NCBI RefSeq assembly: GCF_006345805.1
Contig: NC_043013.1
Coordinates: forward strand, 20,398,001-20,462,000
Length of the DNA: 64,000 nt
DNA from: Octopus sinensis
Taxonomy: Eukaryota
Reading direction: 5' to 3'
This document shows, piece after piece, positions 1 through 13,757 of the stretch. Position numbers and translations under genes: made by a program. Position 1 is the first letter of the stretch. Each line of letters starts with the position of its first letter. The notes beneath the pieces were generated by a model. It was not told the origin of the DNA and did no database searches. It saw nothing but the letters and a program-made list of their open reading frames with translations.

Positions 1-1520
1 AAGGATCGCTATGAACAGTACTGGTGGCCAAAGGATGCCTTACTAACACTGACCCCAGGTTTTCCAGAGGTCATGAGGTCATGGGGGCACTGTGTGAACG
101 ACGGCGATCAGAACATTGATAGGAAAAATAAACTGTACAAGACTCGTCCTATATTCAATCATTTGCTTGATAAATTCAAACAACACTATGTGCGTGGCTG
201 TGATTAATCGCTAGATGAGATAATGATCCCCACGAATAACAAGTTTTCATTCCAGCAGTGTAGAAAAGATAAGCCAATACCTTGGAGGATAAGATCTTTT
301 TATTATGTGATTCTGAAAACGGATACATCTGCAACGCAGAAATGTATACCGGAAGGAGAGATGATGCAAATGAAATTGACAACCTCGGTGTCACAGGAAA
401 CTTAGTTGTGAAGAAGACAAATGAATATGCTGGACAAAACGAAGCACTCTACACTGACAGACTTTACACGTCTGTATAACTTATGGGATATTTTCATTTC
501 AACAAAAATATTCGAATGTGCTGTACTGCCATAACAAACAGAAGAGAATTCCCAACGACCCTCATAAAAAGAAGTAATGAAATGGAAAGGAGGGACTCAG
601 AATTTTTGTTCAACAGAAATGTGGCTGTTTTTGTTTGGAAAGACTGAAGACCGATTTATTTCATTACGTCACTCTTTATACCATTCCCCCAAGAACATGT
701 ACAGCGATATGATGCAAATTGTAAGGCGGCGAGCTGGCAGAAACGTTAGCACGCCGGGCGAAATGCGTAGCCGTATTTCGTCTGCCGTTGCGTTCTGAGT
801 TCAAATCCCGCCGAGGTCGACTTTGCCTTTCATCCTTTCGGGGTCGATAAATTAAGTACCAGTTACGCACTGGGGTCGATGTAATCGACTCAATCCGTTA
901 GTCTGTCCTTGTTTGTTCCCTCTATGTTCAGCCCCTTGTGGGTAATAAAGAAACAGATATGATGCAAATGACCACAGAATGGTCCCTGTCCCTTGTCCTA
1001 AGGTAGGGAAAGAATATAATGTCGACCAAATGGCTTGACTTAAAAAGTGTCGCCTTCATTACAAATGGCCTAGACGCCTGATAGTAAAGTTGTTTAAGTT
1101 GGCTGCCTACAATGCTTGCTTGTTGATGGGTTTCTTCAAACCGTATCTCCTCCCTCCCTCGGAAAGAGAGCGAACACATTCCACTTCTTTCTAGATAAAC
1201 TTTGCCACTAACTTGTTGGCAATGTTAGAAACAAGAACATTAACTTTGGCGTTAACTGAGCAGGATGATGAAAAGAGGCTGTTACGTAAGCACACCATGA
1301 TGGGGAAAGGGCAGAAGCAGCATCCAGCTCAGCAACAATCGTTGCAGGGTGTGCAAGGAAACACACCCGAGGGAAAATTTTGAACTCTTTTATATCTTTC
1401 AGTGATAACTGCGCCCTCACCTCTTATTATTTTTTCCATCCTACTTCCTAAAATTAACATCTTTGTAAGTCACAGCTCTTGTGAGAAAATGTGTTTATTT
1501 GCAAATATGTTGATAGGCAT
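1..1520 (+). pseudogene. Degenerate piggyBac-family transposase, interrupted by a SINE; 5' part lies outside the window
   Basis: Frameshifted pieces occur in piggyBac order: SLDEIMIP...KDKPIPW, IFLLCDSENGYICNAEMYTG, LYTDRLYTSV, VPVPCPK...EYNVDQMA...YKWPRRL...AAYNA, then CRVCKE (Cys-rich tail). Many stops and frameshifts. Confidence 0.85.
721..955 (+). mobile_element. tRNA-headed SINE family A, full-length monomer with 14-bp TSD
   Basis: Head GGCGGCGAGCTGGCAGAAACG, B-box-like GAGTTCAAAT, core GCCTTTCATCCTTTCGGGGTCGATAAA. GATATGATGCAAAT is duplicated at 706-719 and 956-969. Confidence 0.9.
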
Positions 1521-1552
1521 ATAACATATGTCTGTTTCTCTCCTTCTCTCTG

Positions 1553-1654
<102 letters not shown>

Positions 1655-1950
1655 CTTTCTCCATCCTTTATAATTTTTTTTCTCCTTTTATGATTGTCCC
1701 AAAACTACTCTCTCTGTCTATTTACCCCCTCTCTGCTTTTCTTTCTCCGCCTTTTTTTTTTAAAAAAAAGCTGTATTCTCATCTTCTAAACAAAGCAAAA
1801 AAGAATCCGAATTCATATAAAAGAACAACGAAACGTTGTTTTGATTTTGTTTTGACGAGTTCGATAAACGAACGAAGGCGCAAATAAAAAATTATCGAAT
1901 ATTCTGATTGTCCCTTTCTGTCTGTCTGTCTGTCTCTTTCTCTCTCTATG

Positions 1951-1981
<31 letters not shown>

Positions 1982-2022
1982 TTATGTGTGTGTGTGTGTG
2001 TTTGTGTATATGTTTTGTGTCA

Positions 2023-2212
2023 GTGTTTGTTCCCCTACCATCGTTTGACAACCGACGTTGGTTATTTTTACGTCCTCGTAACTTAGCGGTTCGGCAAAAT
2101 TCCAATAAAATAAGTACTAGGCTTACAAAGAATAAGTCCTGGCGTCAATTTGTTCGATAAAACGCAGTGCTCCAGCATGGCTGCAGTCAAGATGACTGAA
2201 AGAAATAAAAGA
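2023..2212 (+). mobile_element. SINE family B, 3' half
   Basis: Matches the other copies: GTAACTTAGCGGTTCGGCAAAA...GCTCCAGCATGGC..CAGTCAAGATGACTGAAA. Confidence 0.85.
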
Positions 2213-2220
2213 AGGCATAC

Positions 2221-2290
<70 letters not shown>

Positions 2291-3279
2291 TCATATGTTT
2301 AATACTCTATATTTCATCTTTCTATAAAGAGGTACCCTACCATATTGTAGTGTAATAAATACTCTCGTTACTTTTGACTAAGAAAATGGTCATTTGTTAT
2401 AAAGGACGTGAGATATAATCCAGGTGATCCACTTCGTACTAATCATGTTAACGACCCAGAGATACGAACTCTCAGTTCCACTATTCAAAAACACAACTTT
2501 ACCGAACCCTTACACGCCCAACTGCGTCATTCATGATCCGTAAACAAGGAAAATTTAAAATATTCAGTATATAATAAAAATAATATCTAATAATAAGGCT
2601 AATAATTATTTCTAATTATGTTGTTGGTGTTCCCGGCATTAATTAAGTTAAATCTAATTTAAATATTGTAGAAGCTGTAGCTTTTTCAGTTACATAATGG
2701 AACATGTTTGCCGTAAATGTCGGCCTTCCGTGTGAAGTTTGCTTTATTGAATCAATATAGGCCACAGCGTTTTTCACAATAAACAGATTTAACATAATTG
2801 CAGCACACACAAACGCACACACAAGTATACATATACACACACACTTATAGAAATAAACATACACGCATATATATTCATTTCCATTAGATCCTTGTCACCA
2901 GTTGTATCAATCGATATGTGCCTTGAACGTGGCATCACAAAGATCAATGGCGATTTTATGCAAAACACTGGATATTCTTTCACTTCATATTTTAATACAG
3001 GATGCCATTACTCCCCACCCTCCCCCGATTCCTTCTTAATTCTCTGAAACAGCATGGAATGTGTTGGATTCCAAACCCACCAATCCCCACGTGTGATTAT
3101 AACAAAGTGGTCCTCTCTTCAAATATAATTCTTTGTTGCATCTCATTAAACAGGGCCAATTTTATAATTTCTTAAGGGAAAAATATTTGGTAATTAATTG
3201 CCAGAATAACAATAACAACGTTAACAATAATATTAAAAGCAGCAGCAGATGCAACAACAACAATAATAATCCTCTCTAC

Positions 3280-3963
<684 letters not shown>

Positions 3964-4096
3964 AGCTGTCTGCCTAAATAATAATATATATACTCCGATC
4001 AAAGTGACATTTGTTCGATTCTAGCCTTGGTTAGCACATCATTTTTCAGTCAGATGTTGCGATAAATGTCGCTTTATATCGGAGTATATATATATA

Positions 4097-4930
4097 TGAT
4101 TTTGATTTGATTTTTCCAGTTTCAGCTCATGAGCTGTGGCCATGCTGGGGCACCGCCATTTGGTTTGCTATATGATTTTACCTCAAGAATGCTTTTTAGC
4201 AACTGCCATTTGGTGCATGAGAGAGTTCGATGCAGCTGCCCTCATCTGCACCTCCTGCCGTGAAGTTGGTTCATCCGGGACACCTGACAGGAAGAGATCC
4301 AGTCCTACTTTAAAGACATCCGCATCTACACCATGCAAGTCCCTCAGGTTCTTCGGGAGGATATTGAAGAGCTGTGGGCCTCTGAAGCCCAGGCTATCAC
4401 AGTATCTTGTCCTACATCTTGATGGCAAATTTGGAGTCCTTGGTACCATGCAGTGGCGCCCGGTTCTGGCATTTGTGTGACTCTCGATGCCAAAGTTTGG
4501 GACAAGTCCTTCCAGGATCTTCCAGATATATATTATGGCATATCTTTCTCGCCTACGCTCCAAGGAATAGAGTTTTAATCTCTTGAGTCTTTCCCAGTAG
4601 CTTATATGCTGCACAGAGGCTATCTTCTTCGTGTAGCTACGTTGGATCGCCTCAAGTTCTGTGATCAACTTGACACTGGATGGTGACCATAGCTGAGAGC
4701 AATAGTCAAAGTGGCTTAGGACAAGTGTCTTCCAGAGGACCATCATGGTTTCTTGTTCTCTTGTTCTAAAGGTTCTAAGAATCCATCCGGCCAGCCGTCT
4801 ACATTTCGTTGCCAGTTTAGCAATATGTACATGAAAGGTTGCGTCATCACTCATGTGAATACCCAGGTCACGCACTGATTGTGCCTCTGGGATTGCAATC
4901 CCTCCGGGTCCAGGGTATTCATTGGGTATT
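4097..4930 (-). mobile_element. 5'-truncated CR1-group LINE: RT C-terminus plus 3' UTR with stem-loop and (TCAAA)n tail
   Basis: ORF 4183-4875: RDLGIHMSDD.TF..HI...GWILRTF...DYCSQLWSP...LEAIQRSYTK...SYWERLKRLKLYSLERRRER, ending FK..LD.FL. Uninterrupted for 230 aa. Confidence 0.9.
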
Positions 4931-4959
4931 ATACCTATATATATATATAGGTATAAAAA

Positions 4960-5408
4960 TTATATATAAAAAGGGACAAGAACGTGAAATACACAAAGAG
5001 ACGAACACAAAAAACGGACGGGTCATTCGAAGCCTTTAATCGTCAGTCAGGAACCGGATCATCATAGCAAATTTCGGCTGATTAATCCTGATATTGCTCC
5101 GAAACGGCCAGCCCCAATGAAAAACTAAGCTGCGAGCATTAGATTTCTTGGAAAAAGGATCAAATGTAAACGAAACAAGGACAGAAAAACGGACGAAGCC
5201 ACACGAATATAAATACAAAAAAACAAAAACAAAAATAAAAACAAGAATGGTAATAACAGGACAACAGCAGGTGTCTTACGACTTTAGACAAAGTTAACTT
5301 ATCTAGCAGGTGTGTTTTGAAAAAATGCCTTGTCGTCGGACGAAGACAATGTTAAACCGGCAGCGGTCACCAGCGGAATGGCTGGTTATTCAGCAGGTCA
5401 CATGAGGG

Positions 5409-5440
<32 letters not shown>

Positions 5441-5560
5441 AAGAATTAAAGAGGGTGGAAGAAACAGAGCACGCCAAGGATTGACCAGGTCACGTGAGAG
5501 TAGGGAGAGAGAGAGAAAGAAGGAATTAAAGAGGATGGGAGGAAGAGGGGGGAAGAGACA
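4960..5560 (-). mobile_element. Non-coding repeat family with purine-rich tract (Penelope-pLTR-like, inferred)
   Basis: Clearly homologous to 10630-11330 (GGGTCATTCG, GCAATTTCGGCTG, GGCCAGCCCCAA..AAAACTAAGCT..GAGCATTAGATT). Similar architecture at 30480-31110 and 57404-58148. Confidence 0.55.
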
Positions 5561-5769
5561 GAGCGCGATATATATATATATATATTATATTAAATTAGAG
5601 ATAAAACCACTATTAGGCAAATCAAACAGTGAAAATCATAAGCCAATACATAGAATTAAAATTAATTAAAAAATATAAGAAATATAAAATAAAAATCCAA
5701 TTAAGATATTTAAATTAAAATTAAAATTTTTAAAAATTATTTAAATTAATAAATGAAACTTATAAATTT

Positions 5770-5815
<46 letters not shown>

Positions 5816-5902
5816 TTATTTTATGTATTTATTTTTTTATTAATTTTTTTTATTTTAACTATCAAAAAGTATTAAAAGTTTAATATAAGATAAAGAGTAA
5901 AA

Positions 5903-6000
5903 ACACTACGATCGTTTCATGCCCGTAACCAATTCGAATAATAATAATAATTTAAATTCAATTAATAATTCGAATTATGGTTACAGTCAATCTTCAGGTT
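5903..6000 (-). ncRNA. Hammerhead ribozyme motif (type I, long stem II)
   Basis: Minus strand: CTGAAGA (5997-5991), long hairpin TGTAACCA...TGGTTACG, GAAA (5918-5915), palindromic stem III ACGATCGT, GUA triplet. Stem I is weak. Confidence 0.6.
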
Positions 6001-7141
6001 AATTGTAATATTTCAATAAATAATCAGAAATATTTAAACAATATTTTTAAAGATATAAATAATATAATAAATTTTCTTATAAAAAACTCTATTATCAAAC
6101 TAGAAACTTAACGATTATGATTATGTCAAAACAACGATTATAATGTTAACTATTAATTTTAATTTTTAAGTATTAATTTTTAAGGTAAGAAACCCACCAA
6201 TAATCTAATATCAGTAATAGTCAATATCTAATTACATAAATATTTTACAAAAAAAATGACTATTCATATTATTAAAATATAAAATTTAAATAATATATAA
6301 ATTATCAGTGAAAATATATAAATGTATATAAATATTATAATTAAGATCTAAAATAATCTCTATAAATAAATATATATGCACATATAATGAAGACCTAATA
6401 AATCAATTTTTCATATTTAAAGATGAAATAGCTAATTTCAAAAATACAAATAAACAATCTTAAACGAACGCTATAGCAAATTAACTATCTTTATATCTCA
6501 TTGGCTAAATAATAACTTTCAAAAATCTTATATTTAAAATACTTAAAGAAATAATCAATTCGTAGTTATTTGGTATCAAATAAATACTATAAATATATTT
6601 ATCAATGGAAACCATATAACTAGCAAATAACAATTTAAAAAGACAATATATAAGTTAAAATAATAATTATAAGAAATTTAAAACTACAATTAATGCTATT
6701 AATACATGTATATACATGAATCTAACTTAAAACAACTCGTATACTTGCTATCAAACAACATATCTATCGCTAAGTAAATTCTTACGAATAAACTTAAAGT
6801 TAATATCTAATAATTATATAGAAAATTACGATAATTAGAAAAACAACGATATTTACATAAAAAACAATAATATTATACCATACGACTTATAAAATATTAA
6901 AATTAAAAATTTAAAGATCTTAAATATAAATAAATACTTAGCTTAACGAGGTTTTGCGATGAACTAAAATTTTGAATCGGAAAACGTCTTCACAACGTTT
7001 ATAAGAATACTCGTGGAATTACGTTATTACCAAAAAAAGAATAAATTGTTGAAGAATTCATTAAGCGTGAGGAACAAATACGCTTTATCAATGAAGATTG
7101 TGAATAATATATATATATATATATTATTATTATTATTATTG

Positions 7142-7188
<47 letters not shown>

Positions 7189-7513
7189 GCTATGATATAT
7201 TTTCATATACTTATTATTGTATAAAATAGGCTTTCATAGCAGCTCTTTCTCCCTAACTTACAAAGCCTTCGGGCTTGTTTAAAAACACTATATGTAGTAT
7301 TAGATAGTTAAGCAACTAGGAATGAAATTTGGCTGAAATTGATGGGTAAACGGATTGGCTTAATCCGATGTGCAAGGAGCTGTGGTAGCGTTGATATGTG
7401 GGTTCGATTCTTGCCTGGGTTAGCTCATCATTTTTCAGTCAGTTGCTGCGATAATTATCGCTTTAAATCGGAGTGTATTTATTATTATTATGATATATTA
7501 TCATATAGTTATT

Positions 7514-7578
<65 letters not shown>

Positions 7579-7936
7579 GAGTGTGTGTGTGTGTGCGTGT
7601 ATGTATAAATCAATTTTAAAACGTATATTTTGGTATATTTCCTATGGCTAATAGTGCACATTGTTTATCTTCTAAATTCTATAGCTTTTGATACGAATGT
7701 ATTGGGAACTATTGTAAACTGAATCATGAAAATACATCGTGACGTGCATTTTAATTGACGACCACACTTCCACACAAACACGCAACACACATGAAATTGG
7801 AGATATAGTTTTTCCTGAGACATCAGGTATAAAACATGAACGCACACACGTAGTTATACAAAGACATGCACTTACACGTACATGCAATGATCAAAATATT
7901 GACACTGACAAACCATAGAATCACACAAGCACATGC

Positions 7937-7990
<54 letters not shown>

Positions 7991-8173
7991 ATTCAATACA
8001 AACAGGCGCACAGGAAGATGTCAGTGCCGGGAAAAAGGTTTGAGGAAAATTAAGATAATTTGAAGAAGAATTATTTGAGTATTAATTTGCTGTTGTTGAA
8101 GAAACATTATACGAACGTTAATGTGTTAATATTAGGAAGCGACACATTTTCGTAATTCTGAAGAAGCAATCAG

Positions 8174-8230
<57 letters not shown>

Positions 8231-8318
8231 TTTTAGCAAATCTGTCTTTCTGTCACACAACTTCCGGTTTGGTTGTCAATTCACCTTCTCTCTCGCGCTC
8301 TCCTTCACTCTGTATATG

Positions 8319-8353
<35 letters not shown>

Positions 8354-8797
8354 TCTCTCTCACCCTCTCACACACGCACAAATTCTCTCTTACATACTCT
8401 CTCTCTCCCTTTTCTCTCTCTCACTTTCTCTCATACACACGTTTATAACGCAGTGGTAGCCTTCCACGCGACCTCTTCTGCAATACACGCCACTCTGTCT
8501 CTCCCTCTCACCCTATGTCTGTCTGTCTGTATGTATGTATGTTTGTATGTATGTATGTGTATGTGTGTGCCTGCGTGTGTGTGTCCTGGTTATCGCATTC
8601 AAATCGCTCCCGTGGTGAGGCTCGAGTTCTGGAGTTTTGAAGTTCTGGAATTCTGGAGACCGTGAAGTCATCCCTTAATTACCATTATACCATTACTCCC
8701 AGAACCGTCGTAGTACCTGTCAGTGTCCCAGCAGTATAGGAAATTCCTGTTATTTTTGACAAACCCTAGGTAAGGCATAAAACTTGCAGTCAAAATA

Positions 8798-9742
8798 CAA
8801 TAATACCTCACTTTACGAGGACCCGCTTTACGAGTTTTATTTTTCAAATGCAAGATTCAAATTTTGAACGAAATGCAAAAGTTTCTTAGTTCTTTATTGC
8901 CCACAAGGAGCTAAACACAGAGGGGACAAACAATGAGATTATGTCGATTACATCGACCCCAGTGCGTAACTGGTAATTAATTTATCGACCCCGAAAGGAT
9001 GAAAGGCAAAGTCGACCACGGCTGAATTTGAATTCAGAACGTAACGGCAGACGAAATACCTATTTCTTTACTATCCACAAGGGGCTAAACACAGAGAGGA
9101 CAAACAAGGACAGACAAACGGATTAAGTCGATTATATCGACTCCAGTGCGTAACTGGTACTTATTTAATCGACCTCGAAAGGATGAAAGGCAAAGTCGAC
9201 CTAGCGGAATTTGAACTCAGAACGTAGCGGCAGTCGATATACTGCTAAGCATTTCGTCCGGCATGCTAACGTTTCTGCCAGCTCGCCGCCAACAGGAGTG
9301 CAAATGTTTCTACTACCATAACAAATGCTTCTATGTGTTCCCGAGAAATTTATAGCGAGCGAAATAAAACTTCTAAACAAACAACTCTAGACTTGTTTTC
9401 TAAAAAGAAATCTACAAGACAGTCTACGAATGCTAGTGAATCGGCGATCGGGTCTACAAGTACTGGTATGCGCGAATCTACTGCGAGTGAAAGTGATTTA
9501 GAAACGATCATAATATTATTTTATTTATTATAAATGATCTTAACATTTTATTCTACATAAAATATTCTTTATATTCTATTGTTATTTTATTGCCATTTAT
9601 TTACGAGTATTATAACTTTAATTGGTAAAATACTTTTCTAGGAACGAATTACGATTTATAATATTTCTACTATGGGAAATTATTACTCAGCTTTACGAGC
9701 GGTCTCCGGAATCAAATTAACTCGTATGTCGAGGCATTACTG
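8798..9742 (+). mobile_element. Tigger/pogo-like internally deleted DNA transposon containing a nested SINE
   Basis: Imperfect TIRs TA|CAATAATACCTCACTTTACGAG and CTCGTATGTCGAGGCATTACTG. The internal peptide CSREIYSERNKTSKQTTLDLFSKKK resembles pogo/Tigger transposase C-termini. Confidence 0.7.
8887..9290 (-). mobile_element. SINE family A, head-to-tail dimer
   Basis: Two core+tail units and one head. Junction GACGAAATACC|TATTTCTTT at ~9060; probable TSD TGCAAA(A/T)GTTTCT at 8874-8886 and 9299-9311. Confidence 0.9.
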
Positions 9743-10422
9743 TCGTATCAGCCATCTTGCAATTTTTGTTACTGGAACATACAATGGCGAGCGAGAGAGT
9801 GGCAAAAGTGTTGTATAAGCTTTTGTCACTTAAACCAATGATGTGCAAATATCTCCCTATCATTTCATTTCTTGATCTGTTTTGCATTTTATAAAGTGCG
9901 ACAGCGATGGACATCCGTGCTCAGCCAGGCTGAATGTAAAACGACTATCATTTGACAAGATGAGACCATCGCTATATATGTATGTCATTATTCAGTTTTA
10001 TTTCAAGATTTCCTGTCAATAAAGAAAGAGTCGGTTCCTAACCTTGATCCTAGGCTCTTTCACTAGAATTTCAACAACATCAAGAGAGTATTTTTGTATG
10101 TATGTATGTATGTATGTATGTATGTATGTATGTATGTATGTACACAGGCTCTCACATTGGTTATATTTCTCAACACGATTGCAAAACAGATAGAAAGTTA
10201 TGAATTTTCGTTCTTTAAAATTTCTCTTCAGAAAACTTACGAATAAGTATTAGTTCTTCGTTAAATTTTAATAAGTTACTTTCTTCACAAGTAATGCCAT
10301 GGGTCTATATCCCACCCATCCTCTCTCCCTCCCTCCATCCCTACCTTTCCACTTCCCTATATACATACCTGCCTGTCTCTGTCGGTCTGTCTGACTGTCT
10401 GTCTCTCTGTCTCATCCTCTCT

Positions 10423-10488
<66 letters not shown>

Positions 10489-10568
10489 ATATGTATATAT
10501 AAAAAAGGTTAGTCAAAGTTTGAACGAACTATGCACGACACTGCATTCATTTTTCACAAATAACTTTG

Positions 10569-10629
<61 letters not shown>

Positions 10630-10635
<6 letters not shown>

Positions 10636-11330
10636 ACAAAATGCGACAAGGACGCAAAACATCCAGGCAGTTAGGTGATACAAAAAAGGGACAACAAAAC
10701 ATCCAGATAGACGATACAAAGAAAACAAGAATGGGTCATTCGGAGTTTTCTTTCCTCAGTCGAGTTCCAGATTATCTTTGCAATTTCGGCTGGTTATACT
10801 CGAGAATGCTCCAATGTGGCCAGCCCCAAGGAAAAACTAAGCTAAGAGCATTAGATTCCTTGGAAGAAAGCAGCGAATGTATACGAAAACAAGGATGGAA
10901 AAACACGGAGAAAGTTACACAGATACAAATAACAGGACATAACAACAGGTGTCTTTCGACTAAGGACGAATTAAAATAAGCTGTCGTGTGTGGAAATAAA
11001 GCCTTACGGCAGGGATAGAAGATTTCACAGGCCCAGGGAGGAATATAGATATTGCACGGATGACGGCCAAACCAAGAAAGGAAGATAAGGCTTGGCTGAA
11101 CACCGGTCATGCGGGGAGAGAAGAGAGAGCGAGAGGTAGAGGCAGAGGGACAAAGAATTAAGGAGGGGCGAGAAAAATGACAGGGACACAGTGAGTTGAA
11201 AAGAGGAGGGAAAGTGAGGTGGAAGAGAAGGCAGGGAAATGTGAGAGAGGGGGAACGAAAGAACGAAGAGGGGGAATGAACGAATAAGCGTGAAAGGGCT
11301 GATAGAAAGAAAGAATAGTCTTACAAGATT
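10630..11330 (-). mobile_element. Second copy of the 4960-5560 repeat family
   Basis: Shares sequence blocks with 4960-5560; flanked by (TA)n. Confidence 0.6.
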
Positions 11331-11401
11331 TTGATAAATATATACTTACATATAAGAGACCGAAGTGTACGTACCCAGCTATATATATATATATATATAT
11401 A

Positions 11402-12113
11402 CAGGGGTTGGACAAAATAATGGAAACCCCTTAAAATTTTAAACAAATTTATCTTAACATGGAGTAAGACCGCCTTTGGCAGTACTTACAGCTTGAATTC
11501 TACGCGCTATGGATTCGTACATAGTTTGTATTGTTTCCAAAAGAATTTTTGTCCATTCTTCAGCTAAAAGTCTCCAGTTTTTGTAGTGATGATAGTGGAG
11601 GATATCGACTCCTTACTTGTTTTCTAAAATGCACAATAATTGTTCAATAATATTGAGATATGGGGACTGAGGTGGCCAGATAAGATGTTCAGCTTCACTA
11701 GAATATTTCTCGTGCCAGTCAGTAACAACTTTAGCTATGTGAATTGGTGCATTATCATCCCGAAAGATTGTGTTTCCCTCTAGAAACAGTTCCACAACCA
11801 TAGGATGAATTTGATCAGATAAAATGCTTAAATAGTCTTGATTATTAATTCTGCCATGAAGGGAGACCATTTGGCCGGCGGATTTCCAAGATATAGCCCC
11901 CCACCCAGATCATCATAGATCCTTCTCCATGTTTAACAGTTGGAAGAAGGTAGTCTAGGTCAAATGCTTCTTTTGGCTGTCGCCACACGTATACTCGCTC
12001 GGCCGGTGGTCAGAAATAAGGTAAAGGGTGACTCGTCCGAGAAAATAACATTCTTCCACTGCTCTAAGGACCAATTCTGTAGGCTTTTACTCCACTCTAA
12101 ACACTGGTTTTCT
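11402..12113 (-). pseudogene. Tc1-like transposase 3' half with DD36E spacing and right TIR
   Basis: NVIFSDES near 12040; FRDDNAPIH...WPPQSPYLNIIE with 36 residues between D and E. Terminus TA|CAGGGGTTGGACAAAATAATGGAAAC at 11400. Confidence 0.85.
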
Positions 12114-12229
12114 GAATATATATATATCCATCTTACGTTGAAACAAAAGATTAATTATTTCAGGCATAAAACAACGGGTCACGCACTAGTTGTAGTAGTA
12201 AAATAATCCTTTCTAATAAGGTGCAATAA

Positions 12230-12321
<92 letters not shown>

Positions 12322-12339
12322 CGCGTGGCCTGGTTAGAA

Positions 12340-12805
12340 GTATTCCATTCCCGACGTGAGCGATATATCATTTGCACGATGTGGAAAATATACCACCAAC
12401 ATTGCCAAAACGACCTCAATATTAGCTTCAAAAATCATCCAAGGCTAGGACTATGGGCCATACATCCCCTACCCAATTCAAGATCGTAACACAGAAATAC
12501 GCCGCAGCACAATCTCTTTTCCTCAACAGGCCCTTCCTTATTTAACATTGTCTCGAAACAGTTCAAAGAAGAAACGGATCCCATCACCTTTAAACGGAAT
12601 CTTGACATATTTCTTCAAGGAATACCAAGTAAGCCACCGATACCTGGATACAACTCACTCAAAAAGAACTTCCTACTCAAATCGTCAATGAAAACACAAA
12701 ACTTGATTTAAAAGGGATTTAGCTAACCCTATCAGGTGGTCCTATTAAGTCAGACATGTCCTGGACCAATCTTTGGTCGAAACATTTCTAAGTTATCTAA
12801 GTAAA
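12340..12805 (+). mobile_element. Degenerate 3' end of a second CR1-group LINE
   Basis: RRERYIICTMWKI...HPRLG...GPSLFNI...FKRNLDIFLQGIP, then hairpin GACCA-ATCTT-TGGTC, GAAAC and a short (TCTAAGT)-type tail. Confidence 0.75.
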
Positions 12806-13585
12806 ATTAATGATTTCGTCGAATTTCAAATAGAATTAAGTTAAACACCTTTAAATCTAACTAGATACTTACTTTAAAAAATGTTTTTGTCACTTCTTTT
12901 CCTACATTCATACACACATAGGATTTACGTGTGTGTGTACACACACACACACCTTTATATACATATGTGTGTGTATGTATGTATGTGTATATATATATAT
13001 ATTCACACACACAAACACGCACAAACACAACACACACACATATATATAGTGTTAGATACTTTTATATACATAGGCCTAAAATCCTACACATATACAGGCA
13101 TACACATATAATTACGTGCATATATGAATATATTTATGTATCTTTGTATATATCTTTGTATATATTTACATATATGTTTTGTGAATTTAATTCGGTTTAA
13201 TTTCACATACAGCGTTGTCTGAAAGCTTAGATCTACTCTAAAGTACATCACAGTATTGATACACACATTACTTAACACGTCACTAATTTCATTAACGATG
13301 TGACTGACAGCAAATATTTAATGTATGCAAATCGGATTCTTCGCTCAAATGGAGCCATTAATGCTTGTGGCTATAATTGGAGTGTCTGTGTGGCAAGTTA
13401 AAGACGAGTGTTCATTTCTTGATGAGATTCCAGACAGATTTCAAAATAGTCGGACTGATCGTATAACATCAAAACACAGACGCGGCTTAACGCAGCATTA
13501 ATATATGTATTGGGGGTATTTGGGTCGGTGATGCGTATACACACACACACAAATAAAAGGAAGACAGAGGGAAAAATGCCAAAAT

Positions 13586-13708
13586 CCACACAGTTCTGGG
13601 TTCAGTCCCACTGCGTGGAAGCTTGGGCAAGTATCTTCTTTCATAGCCTCAGGCCGACCAAAGCCTTGTGAGTGGATTTGGTAGACGGAAACTGAAAGAA
13701 GCCCGTCG

Positions 13709-13757
<49 letters not shown>

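Noticed and set aside
5020-5050. CTGACGA...GAAT on minus, and CTGAGGA...GAAT at ~10735-10760
   Set aside because: GAAU instead of GAAA and no convincing stems I/III. Possibly vestigial, so not counted as ribozymes.
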